64,000 nucleotides of DNA from an uncultured Verrucomicrobiae bacterium. Lineage in GTDB: Bacteria > Verrucomicrobiota > Verrucomicrobiia > Chthoniobacterales > JAFAMB01. Shown in pieces: positions 34,533-45,483 of the stretch (position 1 is the stretch's first letter; every line of letters begins with the position of its first letter). Under the pieces are notes generated by a model that saw only the letters and a program-made list of their open reading frames with translations, did no database searches and was not told the DNA's origin. Location: the NCBI GenBank assembly GCA_963813025.1, contig CAWEXO010000013.1:416001-480000 (forward strand). Reading direction: 5' to 3'. A program made the translations under genes and the position numbers.

Positions 34533-34990
34533 TCAGACAGCGCCCTGCTCCTGCAGCAGGTTAACCAGCCATGGCAAGCGATCGATTCCAGCTTGAACAT
34601 GGACGGCAGTGACATCGACACTGCTTTCAGCGGCTGCGGCTTCCATTGAGCGTTGAGCCAAGTGATTGATGGTTCGGGGCATCCCGCCGCCAGCTTGGAT
34701 TAATAGTTCCAAGGCATCAGGCTGGAACGGGCTAGCGTGGATGCTGGCGCTGCGCAAGCTGTGTTCGACGTATTGGCCACTTTGTTGGGCATTGAGCGCT
34801 CCCAGTTGCAGGCAGTATTCCAGCCGGCTGCGCAGCGGGGCATGAACTCCGAGCTTGAGGTTGGCCAAAAGCCCGTCGTCACCGACCAACATAAGGCTGA
34901 AGGGAACCTTATCAAGCTTGGCACAGGAGAGCAGACGCAGTTCTTCGAGGGCTGCCGCCGAGAGATTTTGGGCATCTTCGATCAAGACTT
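34533..34990 (-). pseudogene. ExeA/TnsC-like AAA+ ATPase, C-terminal half
   Basis: Walker B VLIEDAQNL, LEELRLL, LMLVG, PLRSRL, GGGMPRTINHLA. Confidence 0.75.
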
Positions 34991-36326
34991 TCATTTCAAC
35001 AAGGGGAGATATTGTCAAAAGTTGTGTATCGGGTTACTGGCGCATCCTTCGAAAACGATCGCGTTAAATGATGGTTAGGCTGCCTGTTGGGTTTGTTCTT
35101 CGCCATCGACGAATCGAACACCGGTAACTACCTTTGGGATCAATTCGAAGCCCTGGAGCCGGCGCCAATGCTTTTGGGCTTCCAGGCCGAGCTTGAAGAC
35201 CATGGTCAGTGTGGCGATGCGTGAACCGGAACCCTTGGTTCGATGAGTTCGAAGCCGAACGGTAGCGAAGGTTGATTCGATGGGGTTGGTGGTGCGTAGA
35301 TGCGGCCAATGTTGGGCCGGGAAATCGTAAAAAGTGAACAGAACTTCTTTATCTTTCTCCAAGCATTCGCAAGCTTTTGGGAATTTCTTTTGGTAACTGG
35401 AGAGGAACTGATCATAGGCAGCCAGAGCGGCTTTGCGGGTCGGCGCCAGGTACATTTCATGGATCAGTTGCTTGGCTTTGCCCTGGACGCTCTTGGGCAT
35501 TTTATCCAGGATGTTGGCTGTCTTATGCACCCAGCAACGTTGCTGGGCAACGGGGCCATATTCTTCCTGCAACGCGATCCAGGAGCCAAGCGAACCGTCT
35601 CCAATGGCCAGCTTGGGCGCACTGGACAGGCCCTGGCGTTTGAGCTGCCCAAGCACTTCACGCCAGCATTGAGAGCTTTCCCGGTACCCATCGACAACGG
35701 CTATCAATTCCTTGGTGCCATCCTCGGTGGCTCCAATCAAGATCAGCACGCAGGTGCGTTCCTCATCGAGCCGGACGTTGAAATAGACGCCGTCGGCCCA
35801 CCAATAAACGTAGCGCTTCTGGCTCAAATCCCGCTGACTCCATGCCTTGTAAGCGGCTTCCCATCCGGCCTTGAGTCTGACAATGTTCGTGGCCGATAGA
35901 TCCGCTGGCTCCCTCACCCAGGATCGCCTCCAGGGCTTCCGTAAAATCTCCAGTCGAGATCCCTTTGAGGTAAAGGGCTGGGATTAAGGCGTCAACGCTG
36001 GGAGCCCGACGCATATACTTAGGCAGAATCGCACTGGAAAAGCGATCCTTGTCGCGATGTCGGACCCGTGGCTGACGAACCCGGATCGGACCCACTCCGC
36101 TGACTACCTCCCGCTCCGGCAAGCGCCCATTGCGCACCACCAATCGTTTTCCATGCTGATCCCTTCGATCCTTTTGGAACTGGATATAATCGACCACCTC
36201 ATTCTCAATGGCCGTCTGTAACAGCTTCCTGGCTCCTTCCTGCAGTAACTGCTCCAGGAACGGCTTCTCTTCATTTTTTGCTCGCTCTTCAAGCGAGACC
36301 ACTTTATTCTCTGCCACGGGTGCATC

Positions 36327-36670
36327 CTGATACGGCTTCCATAGTTATGCACCGGCGCCGGCAGAAGGACCATTGCAGGCCACATTATTCATCGGAGCCG
36401 GTACATAACTTGCCCACGACTCGACTTGGGGTTGTTAATAACTCCAGGCAGTGTCAGAAGGTGATTGGCAGCTTTGCCTGCGGACCGGTACGGTCCGGTG
36501 CATCCCGCTCTACGAGAGCTCAAGAAAGATTACCGGCCGGTTCGGAGGCTTCCGTCCCAAAGTCTGAGAGAACGACATCCCAAGAGGATCCTGTATCAGG
36601 TCGACTCAGGACTGAGGCCAAGGCTGATGCTGCGCGATACAGCTCCCAAACCTCCAAACGGAAATGCGCA
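36327..36670 (+). ncRNA. IS110 bridge RNA candidate in the non-coding left end
   Basis: Target guides GGTGCATC (36497-36504) and AAGAAAGAT (36522-36530); donor guides AGAGAAC (36567-36573) and GTATCAGG (36593-36600); each pair flanks a small hairpin; transcript ends unknown. Confidence 0.82.
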
Positions 36671-37917
36671 ATGTCTTCTCCTGATTCCCTTGTAGCTCAC
36701 TTTGCCGGTCTTGACTGGGCGAAGCAGCATCATTACGTCGTCGTCGTCAACGCTGGTGGCCAGATCGTGACCGAGTTTAGTTTTTCCCATACGCTCGAAG
36801 GCTGGCAAGAGTGGCGCCAGCAAGCAGCCCGCTTTGCCCCTTTAGCAGTGGCAGTCGAAACCAGTCGAGGTGCCGTCGTCGACCAACTGCTTCAGACACC
36901 CGATTGCACGATTTATCCGCTGAACCCCAAAGCCGCTCGAGCGTACCGAAATCGCAAAGCTCCGAGTGGCACCAAGAGCGATCATTTAGATGCGTGGAGC
37001 TTTGCCGACGCCCTTCGTCTTGATGGTTCCACCTGGAAGCCGCTCTCAAAGCAAGATCCCCTTTTGGAGCAGTTGCACCTGCTGTGCCGTGACGAGATCG
37101 CCTTGATTGAAGAGCGCACGGCCTGGTCAATCAACTGATCGCTGCCCTGCATGAATATTATCCTACTGCTCTGGCGGCTTTTGAGGACTGGACGCTGCCC
37201 GCAGCGTGGGCCTTTGTGGAAGCCTTTGCCACGCCACAAGCCTTAGTCAACGCCGGCAAACGCCGATGGGAAAAGTTTTTGCACACCCATAAGCTGGCTC
37301 GACCCAATACCTATCAAAAGCGTCTGGAGCTCTTCGCTAAAGGTACCGAATTTGGTGCTTCGGAGGCTCTCACACTGGCTAAGAGCCGTCTGGCCGTGAC
37401 GCGTGCCAGGCAGCTACGGGTGCTGCAAACGCAGCTGGAGGACTATCGTCAGCAAATCGAAAAGCTCTTTGCGCACCATCCCGATCACGAACTGTTCGGC
37501 TCCTTGCCGGGAGTCGGCCCCAAAATCGCACCCCGCCTATTAGGCGAGCTAGGGGAGGACCGTCATCGGTTCGAGTCCCCTCAGGCTCTGCAATGCTACG
37601 GGGGGACTGCTCCGGTCAGCTATCAATCCGGTCCCGTCCATCAAGTCAGACTTCGCACCCAGTGCAACTTAGTCCTGCGATCTACCATTCACCTCTGGGC
37701 TGACCGAAGCCGACACGCCTGCCCTTGGGCCGACACCTATTACCAGAGCCTTCGAAAAAGGGGCAAAACTCACGCCTGCGCCTTACGGTGCCTAGGCCAG
37801 CGCTGGCTCAAAATCCTCTGGAAGATGTGGCAAACCCGGACCCGCTATGACGCGGAGCTGCATCAGAAACATCAGATCCAACACGGCTCCTGGGTGCTCA
37901 AACTGCACAACGCCTAA
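36671..37917 (+). CDS. IS110 DEDD recombinase, one frameshift near 37120
   Basis: GLDWAK, AVETSRG, KSDHLDA (DEDD); SLPGVG; GTAPVSYQSG (Tnp-domain serine). Confidence 0.9.
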
Positions 37918-38171
37918 CCTTCTATTTCCCATGTCAATAGCTTCACGCACAAATCAACTTGTAAACCAGAGAACATCTTTCTTTTTGGCGTCCTCGAGTG
38001 AGGCTGCCGTGTTTCTTTTTCTTACTGAAAGGATGCGCCTTTCTTTAGCTCCTCATCCACAAAATTCGGTTATAGCTCTCAACAAGGATGCGCCAGCCCC
38101 AATACACAACTTTTGACAATATCTCGTCAGGGTGCCTAAAAACCTACAGACAAAAATTGAGGTCAACCAGT

Positions 38172-39475
38172 TCAGGTGCTCCCCATCGTCTGGACAGGTT
38201 CGATGGGTTTGTTAGCTATAAATTTCCTTCAAAAGGAGCGGGGAAAACCAGCCGATTCTTCCGCGCTACCTTTTGTCGGAGTTTTGTAGGGATTCTGTTA
38301 TATACGGCAGCAGGCGACCGATTGGCAAGACTGCTGTGCGGCCGCTGATCGTTGTAGAAGGAGAAGTAGCGACCGATACTCCGCCAGGCCTCGGTGACGG
38401 AGTCGTACTCACGCAAATAGACCTCCTCGTATTTCAGGCTGCGCCAGAGTCGTTCGACAAAAATTTTGTCATAGACTCTACCACGACCGTCCATGCTGAT
38501 AGCAATCTGGTGCTCGGTGAGGACCCCGGTCCACTCCAGACTGGTAAACTGAACTCCTTGATCGGTGTTACTGATCTCTGGTGGCCCGTACTTTTTCAAG
38601 GCCCGGCGGAGAGCCCGCACACAGAAGTCGCTTTCCAAGCTGTTGCTCAGTTCCCATTCCAAGACGTAACGGCTATAACAGTCCATTAAGGCGAAAAGAT
38701 AAACAAAGCCTTCGGCTAACCCGATGTAAGTGATGTCGCTACACCAGACCTGATTGCGGTGCTCGATGAGCAGGCCTTTGAGCAGATAGGGAAAACGCAG
38801 GTGTGCGCCGCCGTTGGAGCTCAGGCGAGGCCTAGGATAAACGGCTTCCAGTCCCATTAGGCGCATCAAGCGGCGGGTTCGCTTGTGGTTGACGGACCAA
38901 CCCTGGTCGTGCAACGCAAGGGTCATCCGGCGTACCCCGTAAAAGGGCCAGCGGGTATAGATAGAGTCGGTCCAGGGCGCTCATCAGCACCAGATTAGCG
39001 CTACTCTCTTCCTGCGCTTGGTAATACCAGCTGCTGCGGGCCACCCCGAGCAAGGGCGCATTGCTGCACGAGGCTCATTTTGTCGGCTGGGCCGATCAGC
39101 TGCCCGCCGCTGCTGGAGCGTAAAGCCCCGTACTTTTTTTTAAGCCACTCCAGTTCCATTTTGAGCCGTCCAATCTGCTCGAACAATTCGCTCTCCTGAC
39201 GTCTGAATTCCTGGTCGCCCACCCGAATCTCCCCGTCGAAAAACCCGCTCAGGCTTTCGACCGCTTGGCGTTTCCACGCCGAAACTTGCGTCGGGTGCAC
39301 GCCGTATTCAGAGGCGATCTCGTTGAGGGTCCGACGTTCTTGAATGGCCTCCAGGGCCACTTGTGCCTTTAGGGTCGCGCTATGCTGTCGTCGGCGCCTC
39401 ACGCCAGCTTTCTTGCCGTTCATCTCCAGGTCTTTTTTCTATCTTAGCGACCTGTCCAGATTGGGGAGCAATTCA
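38172..39475 (-). mobile_element. IS3 family element (orfA from 39423, orfB ending 38216), with extra indels
   Basis: IRs TGAATTGCTCCCCAATCTGGACAGG / TCAGGTGCTCCCCATCGTCTGGACAGG; LKKK slippery site; WCSDITY, NTDQGVQF, ERLWRSLKYE. Confidence 0.9.
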
Positions 39476-39749
39476 GTACTCTGTCAGTGGACAGCTCAGA
39501 GAAGCTGAGTAAGTCTGCGCGTCAAGAGGCAGGTTCGATGCTAAGGCGCTGACAATAAAAAGAGAGTAGCTTTGGAAAAATGTTTATACATTTGCCGTCG
39601 GACAAGGCAGAATGGTTTTATTAGTAGAAGCAGGCTGGATCACCTCTGAAGAATTGCTTAATTTGTCGAGTTTGCGGCCGAAACTGCATGCTTGATCATT
39701 AACGGTCACAGAAAATTGTTGTTGACACCGCATGACTACTCTGCTTGAA

Positions 39750-39981
39750 GGGCGTTGTTGCGGCGGTCCCAGGCACGAAGGTGAAGGGTATTGCGCGGCG
39801 GGTGCTGCGCAGGGAGGCCTACGGTAACGGCGGAAACAGATTTTTGATTAGACCCAGGTCGTGAGAAAACGACCGAGGTAAGTGGGACCAGGAAAATCCT
39901 GAAGCCTAACCGCCCGAACCTCGAAACGACTGACGCGGTTAAATACCAGAAGGGAACGAAACGAGTGCGTTTGCACTCGTT
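39750..39981 (+). promoter_or_regulatory. Highly structured 5' leader of the wzc operon (candidate cis-regulatory RNA)
   Basis: Nested stems GGTCCCA/TGGGACC, TGCGCGGC/GCTGCGCA, GGTCGT/ACGACC, AGGA/TCCT, AACGAGTGC/GCACTCGTT; TTGACA at 39722. Confidence 0.5.
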
Positions 39982-40007
39982 GGGCGTGGAGTCTGCAATG
40001 TGTCCGC

Positions 40008-42086
40008 GTGAATACGAAAATACAATCTGCACAGTTAAACGATGCTCAAGGGCTAAACCTTGATTTCTCTCATTTGTGGCACCTACTGCTGGGCAAGTCC
40101 TGGGTAATTATTCTGTTTTTCGTTTTGAGCCTGGGCGTGGCAATTGCGTATTTGCTCCGGACGCCAAAAATCTACGAGTCGCGTGCGGTGATCCAGGTCG
40201 AACAGGAGGCGCCGAAGATTGTCAAGATCCAGGAGATTAACCCTGAAGACTACACGTTGCCCGAAGCCCTAAAAACGGTCGAGCAGGCTTTAATGAGCGA
40301 CACACTGCTTGTGCGGGTGGTTAAAAGCAGCGGGCTGGAGAAGGACCCCTCGTTCGCTCCGCCGAGAGCCGATGGTGCACTCTATTTGGATAGCGAACTT
40401 GCGCAACGCTTTAAACGGAAACTTTCCGTCGGGCTCCGGCGCGGAACGCGACTGATCGATATCGTGATCCAGGACACCGACCCAAAGCGAGCCCAGCAGT
40501 TAGCGCAGTCCATGGTTGACGAATTCGTCGCCCAGAGTTTCGAGCAGCAGACCAGTGTGGCCAAAGCTGCCAATGACTCTCTCCTGCAGGAAGCCGAACG
40601 TCTCAAGGAAAAGCTCCACAACTCCGAGCAGGCACTGCAACAATACCGGGAAGAGCACCACGCGGTTTCCCTAGAGGACAAACAGAACATTATCGTCGAG
40701 AAACTCAAAGAACTGAATTTGAAGGTGATCGAAGCCAAAGGCGCACGCCTCAAATTGGAGTCCGATCTTGGGACAATCCAGCAAGGCAGAGCAAAGACTC
40801 CGGAGAAGCTGCTGCAACTAGCCAGTGTGACAGCGCTTCCAGAGGTTGCGGATCTGCGCAAGCAGATCGCGCTCAAGGAAGGCGAGTTCAAGGCGCCTGG
40901 TCCAATCGGCGGACTGAAGGAAACGCTAAATCGGACGCTGCTCAATGCCGGAGCACTGTTGATGAAGTCTTATGAAGCCGCTAAAACCACTGAAGCCAAG
41001 CTGACGGCAGCGCTCAAAGAGCAAGAGGAAGCCGCGCTCGAGCTCGACGGGATTGCTATTCCCTATCACGCCCTCCTCCGGGATGTTGAGACCGACCGGG
41101 TCCTCTATGAGTCCGTTCTGTCGCGCATGAAGGAGACCGGTGTGACCAAGAGTTTGGGGGAAAACAGCATCCGTCTCATCGAATCTCCGCTCGTCGCGGC
41201 CAGGCCGGTTAAGCCGGCCAAGTTAAGAATTCTGGAGCTCGCGGCTTTGGCCGGTTTCATCGTCGGGATTGGCATGGTGATAGGCATCGACATGACCGAC
41301 AGCTCCATCCACAGTATCGACCACGCGGAAAAGTTGTTAGGTCTGCCGGTGCTGACCTCGGTCCCCGAATCCAAACGCAAAGATCTTGTCAAAGAATCCG
41401 CTCTCATCGCTGACCCGGCGTCCCACGAGGCAGAAGCATTCCGTTCACTCCGAACAGCGCTCTCTCTCATTGGGCAGGATAAAGGCACTAAAACCATCCT
41501 TTTCACGAGCGCGAATCCCGCCGAGGGTAAAAGTTATTGCGCCTTCAACCATGCAGTATCCCTGGCTCAGTTGGGATTTCGAACCCTCCTGGTGGATGCC
41601 GATCTCCGTCGGCAGAATCTAAGCAAACTGGTCCTCTCAGGAAGGAAAGTTCCAGGACTTACTGCTTGTCTCACCCGGCGCCTCGCCATCGTGGATTGTT
41701 GCAAATCGAACGGCGTCGAGAATCTATTTATTCTCGGCACAGGCCAGCGTGTAGCGAAACCGGCCGAACTGCTTGCTTCCAGTGACTTTGCCCGCCTGCT
41801 TGAAGACGCTTTGCGTCACTTCGATCGGATCGTGCTCGACAGTGCCCCGATCAACCCGGTGAGCGACACTCGGCTTATAGCCAAGAGCATTCAGTCGGTC
41901 TGTCTCGTCGTCCGGGCGGGCAAGACTCCAAGGCGGGCGATTGTTAGGGCGTGTTCGCTCCTTGGCCAAGCGACCCATGACCCCGAAGGAATTGTCTTGA
42001 ACCGGATGGCGAGGAAATCCCCCGATAATTACTACTTCTCTGAATACGGTCAGGAGTACAGAGAGGCCGGCGTGAATGCGAGCTGA
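40008..42086 (+). CDS. wzc: Polysaccharide co-polymerase / BY-kinase (Wzc)
   Basis: Two TMs, coiled coil, EAFRSLRT, SANPAEGKS, LLVDADLRR, IVLDSAP, C-terminal Tyr cluster. Confidence 0.92.
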   Translation: MNTKIQSAQLNDAQGLNLDFSHLWHLLLGKSWVIILFFVLSLGVAIAYLLRTPKIYESRAVIQVEQEAPKIVKIQEINPEDYTLPEALKTVEQALMSDTLLVRVVKSSGLEKDPSFAPPRADGALYLDSELAQRFKRKLSVGLRRGTRLIDIVIQDTDPKRAQQLAQSMVDEFVAQSFEQQTSVAKAANDSLLQEAERLKEKLHNSEQALQQYREEHHAVSLEDKQNIIVEKLKELNLKVIEAKGARLKLESDLGTIQQGRAKTPEKLLQLASVTALPEVADLRKQIALKEGEFKAPGPIGGLKETLNRTLLNAGALLMKSYEAAKTTEAKLTAALKEQEEAALELDGIAIPYHALLRDVETDRVLYESVLSRMKETGVTKSLGENSIRLIESPLVAARPVKPAKLRILELAALAGFIVGIGMVIGIDMTDSSIHSIDHAEKLLGLPVLTSVPESKRKDLVKESALIADPASHEAEAFRSLRTALSLIGQDKGTKTILFTSANPAEGKSYCAFNHAVSLAQLGFRTLLVDADLRRQNLSKLVLSGRKVPGLTACLTRRLAIVDCCKSNGVENLFILGTGQRVAKPAELLASSDFARLLEDALRHFDRIVLDSAPINPVSDTRLIAKSIQSVCLVVRAGKTPRRAIVRACSLLGQATHDPEGIVLNRMARKSPDNYYFSEYGQEYREAGVNAS

Positions 42087-42177
42087 GAAAGAAAGGATTT
42101 AACAGCTGTTAGAAAGCATCTATCAGTTTAAGGGTAGTAGGCTTGCACTGACCAAGACCGGGGCGAGCCGGGCGGAT

Positions 42178-43602
42178 TTGGGATTGACTGATCAATCCAG
42201 GCAATTGCCGCATCGGATCGCTTTCCTCTGCTTCGCTGGAGATGCGGTCATCGTTGGGGTGTGCCTTTTAGTGGCGTTCTGGCTGCGGTTTGACACCGGT
42301 CTCCGCACGTTGGGTGTAGAGGCGCCGGGACTTGGCCTCAGCGATTATTACAGTTATATTGGCTGCGGTTCGATCTCGTTGCTGCTCGTGCTTGCGCAGA
42401 AGCGGATGTATGACAGCAATTGGCTGCTGCACCGGTATTCGAGGCTCAAGCATGTCATCGTAGCCTGCCTGATCTGGGGCGCAGGTTTTCTGGGCTTTTC
42501 GTTGCTCTTTAAATTCCAACCCCCCCTGTCCCGTGTCTATGTCGCCTTGGCAACGGTTTCCGTAATGACCGGCCTTTACGCCTGGCGAACCTTCTTCTCG
42601 GGCTACGTGCGGCAGGAAGCCGTCGCTCGCAAGCTCCGGCAGCGAATCCTCGTGGTCGGCTGGACTCCGTATGCCCAACGACTGAAAGACATCATCGACC
42701 ATGATCCGTCGCATCCTTACGAGGTGGTTTGCTGCGTTCCCGCCCCGGACGGTGATTTCCAGCAGGAACCTTCGAGTGGTGTAATGCGGGCTGACAGTTA
42801 CAACGAGATTCGCCGTCTGGTCGAGACCCTGGCGCTCGATATCGTTCTAGTGGCCGATGTCAACGTTCCGGTGAAAGATTGGGAGGCCTTGGCCTCTTTT
42901 TGTGAGAAGGAATTGGTTCAGTTTAAGGTAGTTCCTTCGTATTTCAGCGTCCTTGTCTCTGGACTCCATTTGGAAATGATCAGTGGTATTCCCATCCTCG
43001 GGGTATCCCGCTTGCCCCTCGACTGCATGTTTAACAAGCTGATAAAGCGTCTCATCGACATCGTTGGCGCCAGCGTCGGTTTGCTCCTATCCGCCCCGCT
43101 CATCGTCATCTTTGGCGCGCTAGTCTATCGCGAATCGCCCGGGCCGATCTTTTACAGCCAGCGACGCCTTGGTAGGAATGGCAAGATGTTCAAGATGTTC
43201 AAAATTCGCAGTATGCGGCTGGACGCGGAGAAAGACGGGAAAGTCGGCTGGTCCACGAAAGACGACCCGCGCCGGCTTCGAATCGGCGCGTTTATACGAA
43301 AATGGAACATCGACGAAGCGCCACAATTCTGGAATGTTCTCAAAGGAGAGATGAGTCTGGTTGGGCCGCGGCCGGAACGTCCGGAGTTGATCCACAATTT
43401 TAAGCACGACATTCCGCACTACAATGCCCGGCATACAGTGAAACCAGGGGTCACTGGCTGGGCCCAGGTGAACGGTCTCCGGGGTGACACTGACCTGGCC
43501 GAGCGAATCAGTTATGACCTTTATTATGTTGAGCACTGGAATGTATTTTTTGATCTCCAGACCATGTTCCTGACATTCTTTAAACGTCAAAATGCTCATT
43601 GA
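42178..43602 (+). CDS. Undecaprenyl-phosphate hexose phosphotransferase (WcaJ-like)
   Basis: N-terminal TMs; [40 protein letters not shown]. Confidence 0.92.
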   Translation: MGLTDQSRQLPHRIAFLCFAGDAVIVGVCLLVAFWLRFDTGLRTLGVEAPGLGLSDYYSYIGCGSISLLLVLAQKRMYDSNWLLHRYSRLKHVIVACLIWGAGFLGFSLLFKFQPPLSRVYVALATVSVMTGLYAWRTFFSGYVRQEAVARKLRQRILVVGWTPYAQRLKDIIDHDPSHPYEVVCCVPAPDGDFQQEPSSGVMRADSYNEIRRLVETLALDIVLVADVNVPVKDWEALASFCEKELVQFKVVPSYFSVLVSGLHLEMISGIPILGVSRLPLDCMFNKLIKRLIDIVGASVGLLLSAPLIVIFGALVYRESPGPIFYSQRRLGRNGKMFKMFKIRSMRLDAEKDGKVGWSTKDDPRRLRIGAFIRKWNIDEAPQFWNVLKGEMSLVGPRPERPELIHNFKHDIPHYNARHTVKPGVTGWAQVNGLRGDTDLAERISYDLYYVEHWNVFFDLQTMFLTFFKRQNAH

Positions 43603-43893
43603 AGATGCGGCGCAGGTAAACACTCTCTTGGCCGACGCGATCTGGGAGCAGGTCATCGTTGGCAGGATCGGCATCCTGCTGGTCAAGGATTAGTACACGC
43701 TAGAAGCTTGCGACCTCGAGAGTTGGGTGCTACACGTCGCTTCGGAAGGTGCGGCCAATGGAGAGCAGCGGTCGTTCGAGACGGCGGTGATAGTTGAGAA
43801 AATGAACGGAAGTATCAATCCAACCGGAATGGTTGCGACCAAGGGCGGCAGCTTGCCGGTATTGCTCGTTCACTTCTGGCGAACGAAAAAGCT

Positions 43894-44445
43894 ATGCTAC
43901 TGACTGTCTCCGAACTTTGGCATTGCTCGGTGAGAGATCGGTGGTTCTGTCTGAGGGCTCAGCCCAAACGGGAGCATATCGCAGCGGCTTGCCTGCGGCA
44001 GATCTCAGAAGTGGAGGTTTTCTGTCCTCGGGTACGTTTTCGCAAATCCACAACCCGTGGGCTCGTCTGGTTCGTCGAATCCATGTTCCCAGGGTACCTT
44101 TTTGCCCGATTTGATTATACAGTCTTCAATCGGCAAGTCAGGCAGGGGCCGGGCGTTAGCGGTTTCGTCCAATTCGGGGAACGTCTTGCGCTGTTGCCTG
44201 ATGCGCTAATCAACGAAATTCGAACCCGCACTGGTCCGGATGAACTTGTAGAGTTAGCGCCAGCGCTGGAGCCCGGACAAGGCGTCCGGATTACCCAAGG
44301 CCCATTCCAAGGCTTGGAGGCCTTGGTTACTCGACTCATCACAGCCAGGGAGCGCGTCGAAATTCTCATCGAATGGATGGGCCGCGGTCTCTTTGCCGAA
44401 GCCAGCGTCGCAGACCTGGTGCCTCTCACCGATCCGAGAGCGTAG
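43894..44445 (+). CDS. NusG-paralogue antiterminator (RfaH/LoaP/UpxY-like); start uncertain
   Basis: WFCLRAQPKRE, SMFPGYLFARF, GVSGFVQFG, KOW motif GQGVRITQGPFQGL. Confidence 0.88.
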   Translation: MLLTVSELWHCSVRDRWFCLRAQPKREHIAAACLRQISEVEVFCPRVRFRKSTTRGLVWFVESMFPGYLFARFDYTVFNRQVRQGPGVSGFVQFGERLALLPDALINEIRTRTGPDELVELAPALEPGQGVRITQGPFQGLEALVTRLITARERVEILIEWMGRGLFAEASVADLVPLTDPRA

Positions 44446-44603
44446 TCCAGTATTCGTTTTTAACGCAGTCAAATCGTCCTTCGAGACGCGAGATATAGAC
44501 TGAACCGCCCCTCAGGAAACTACCAACAGATTGGAAAAATTATAACTGAGTCCTATCCTCAGCGTACCTCTGCGTGACTTTGCGCGAGGCCGCCTAATAC
44601 CTA

Positions 44604-45418
44604 ATGCACGAACTTATAATCGAACCCGGCCGCACCGAGAAAAACTATTGGCGCGACCTCTGGCGCTATCGCGAGCTTTTTTACATCCTCGCCTGGCGAG
44701 ACCTTAGCGTTCGCTACAAGCAAACGTCATCAGTGTGACTTGGGCGATTCTTCGCCCCTTTCTCGCGATGCTGATTTTTACGTCGTATTTGGCCGGATCA
44801 CCAAGATGCCTTCCAATGGGATCCCTTATCCCATCCTGGTCTTCGTCGCGATGCTGCCGTGGCAATTCTTCGCCAATTCGCTCTCGGAAGCCAGCCAGAG
44901 TCTGATTGTCAATACCAACCTTATATCGAAAGTTTACTTCCCGCGGTTGATCATTCCGGCCGGCGCAGTTATTACCAGTCTGGTGGATCTCCTGATCTCC
45001 GCCGCGCTCCTGGGGGTCCTGATGGTGGTTTCACTTCCTGCCGGACTGGCGGCTGCTTACCCTTCCTTTCTTCACGCTGCTGGCCTTTCTCGCTGCGCTC
45101 GGTCCGGGCTTGTACCTGACGGCTCTCACCGTCAAATTTCGGGATTTTCGTTACGTTCTTCCGTTTATCCTACAATTCGGACTCTTTATTTCGCCGGTCG
45201 GATTCAGCAGCGATGTTATCCCGGACAAATGGCGCCTGCTCTATTCCCTTAATCCCATCGTTGGAGTCATCGATGGGTTCCGTTGGGCCGTTTGTCGCGG
45301 CCTGCCGGGAATTTACTTGCCGGGCTTCGCTCTCTCGATGGCAACTATCATCGTCTTCCTCTGGCTCGGTATCTGGTATTTCCGCAGGACGGAGAAGGCT
45401 TTCGCGGATGTGATCTAA
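44604..45418 (+). pseudogene. wzm: ABC-2 permease Wzm, copy 1, frameshifted (possibly error)
   Basis: DLWRYRELFYILAWRDLSVRYKQT, NLISKVYFPR, LNPIVGVIDGFRWA, EKAFADVI. Confidence 0.85.
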
Positions 45419-45483
45419 ACGCAGATCGCTCACTACGGAAAGCGTCGGTAATCCGAAATTCACATTCCGCAATTGGCAATTTT

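Larger units (their letters stand above)
36323..37977 (+). mobile_element. IS110 family element
   Basis: No terminal IRs; CATC at both junctions; removing it restores continuous IS256 leader sequence. Confidence 0.88.
35006..38080 (-). mobile_element. IS256 family element 2 (transposase ~36317-35075, one frameshift), with IS110 inserted just upstream of the start
   Basis: IRs GAGATATTGTCAAAAGTTGTG / GAGAGCTATAACCGAATTTTGTG; duplication AACAAGGG / AACAAGGA; WADGVYF, IGDGSLG, QRCWVHK, RTTNPIES. Confidence 0.9.

Noticed and set aside
37959..37977. Circle-junction promoter for the IS110 (TTGTAA in the right end)
   Set aside because: The -10 at 17-nt spacing would be TACGGC, too weak to claim
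39750..39981. RNase P RNA, cobalamin or c-di-GMP riboswitch, or group II intron
   Set aside because: Lacks GAGGAAAGTCC, a recognisable riboswitch core and a domain V; kept only as an unnamed candidate
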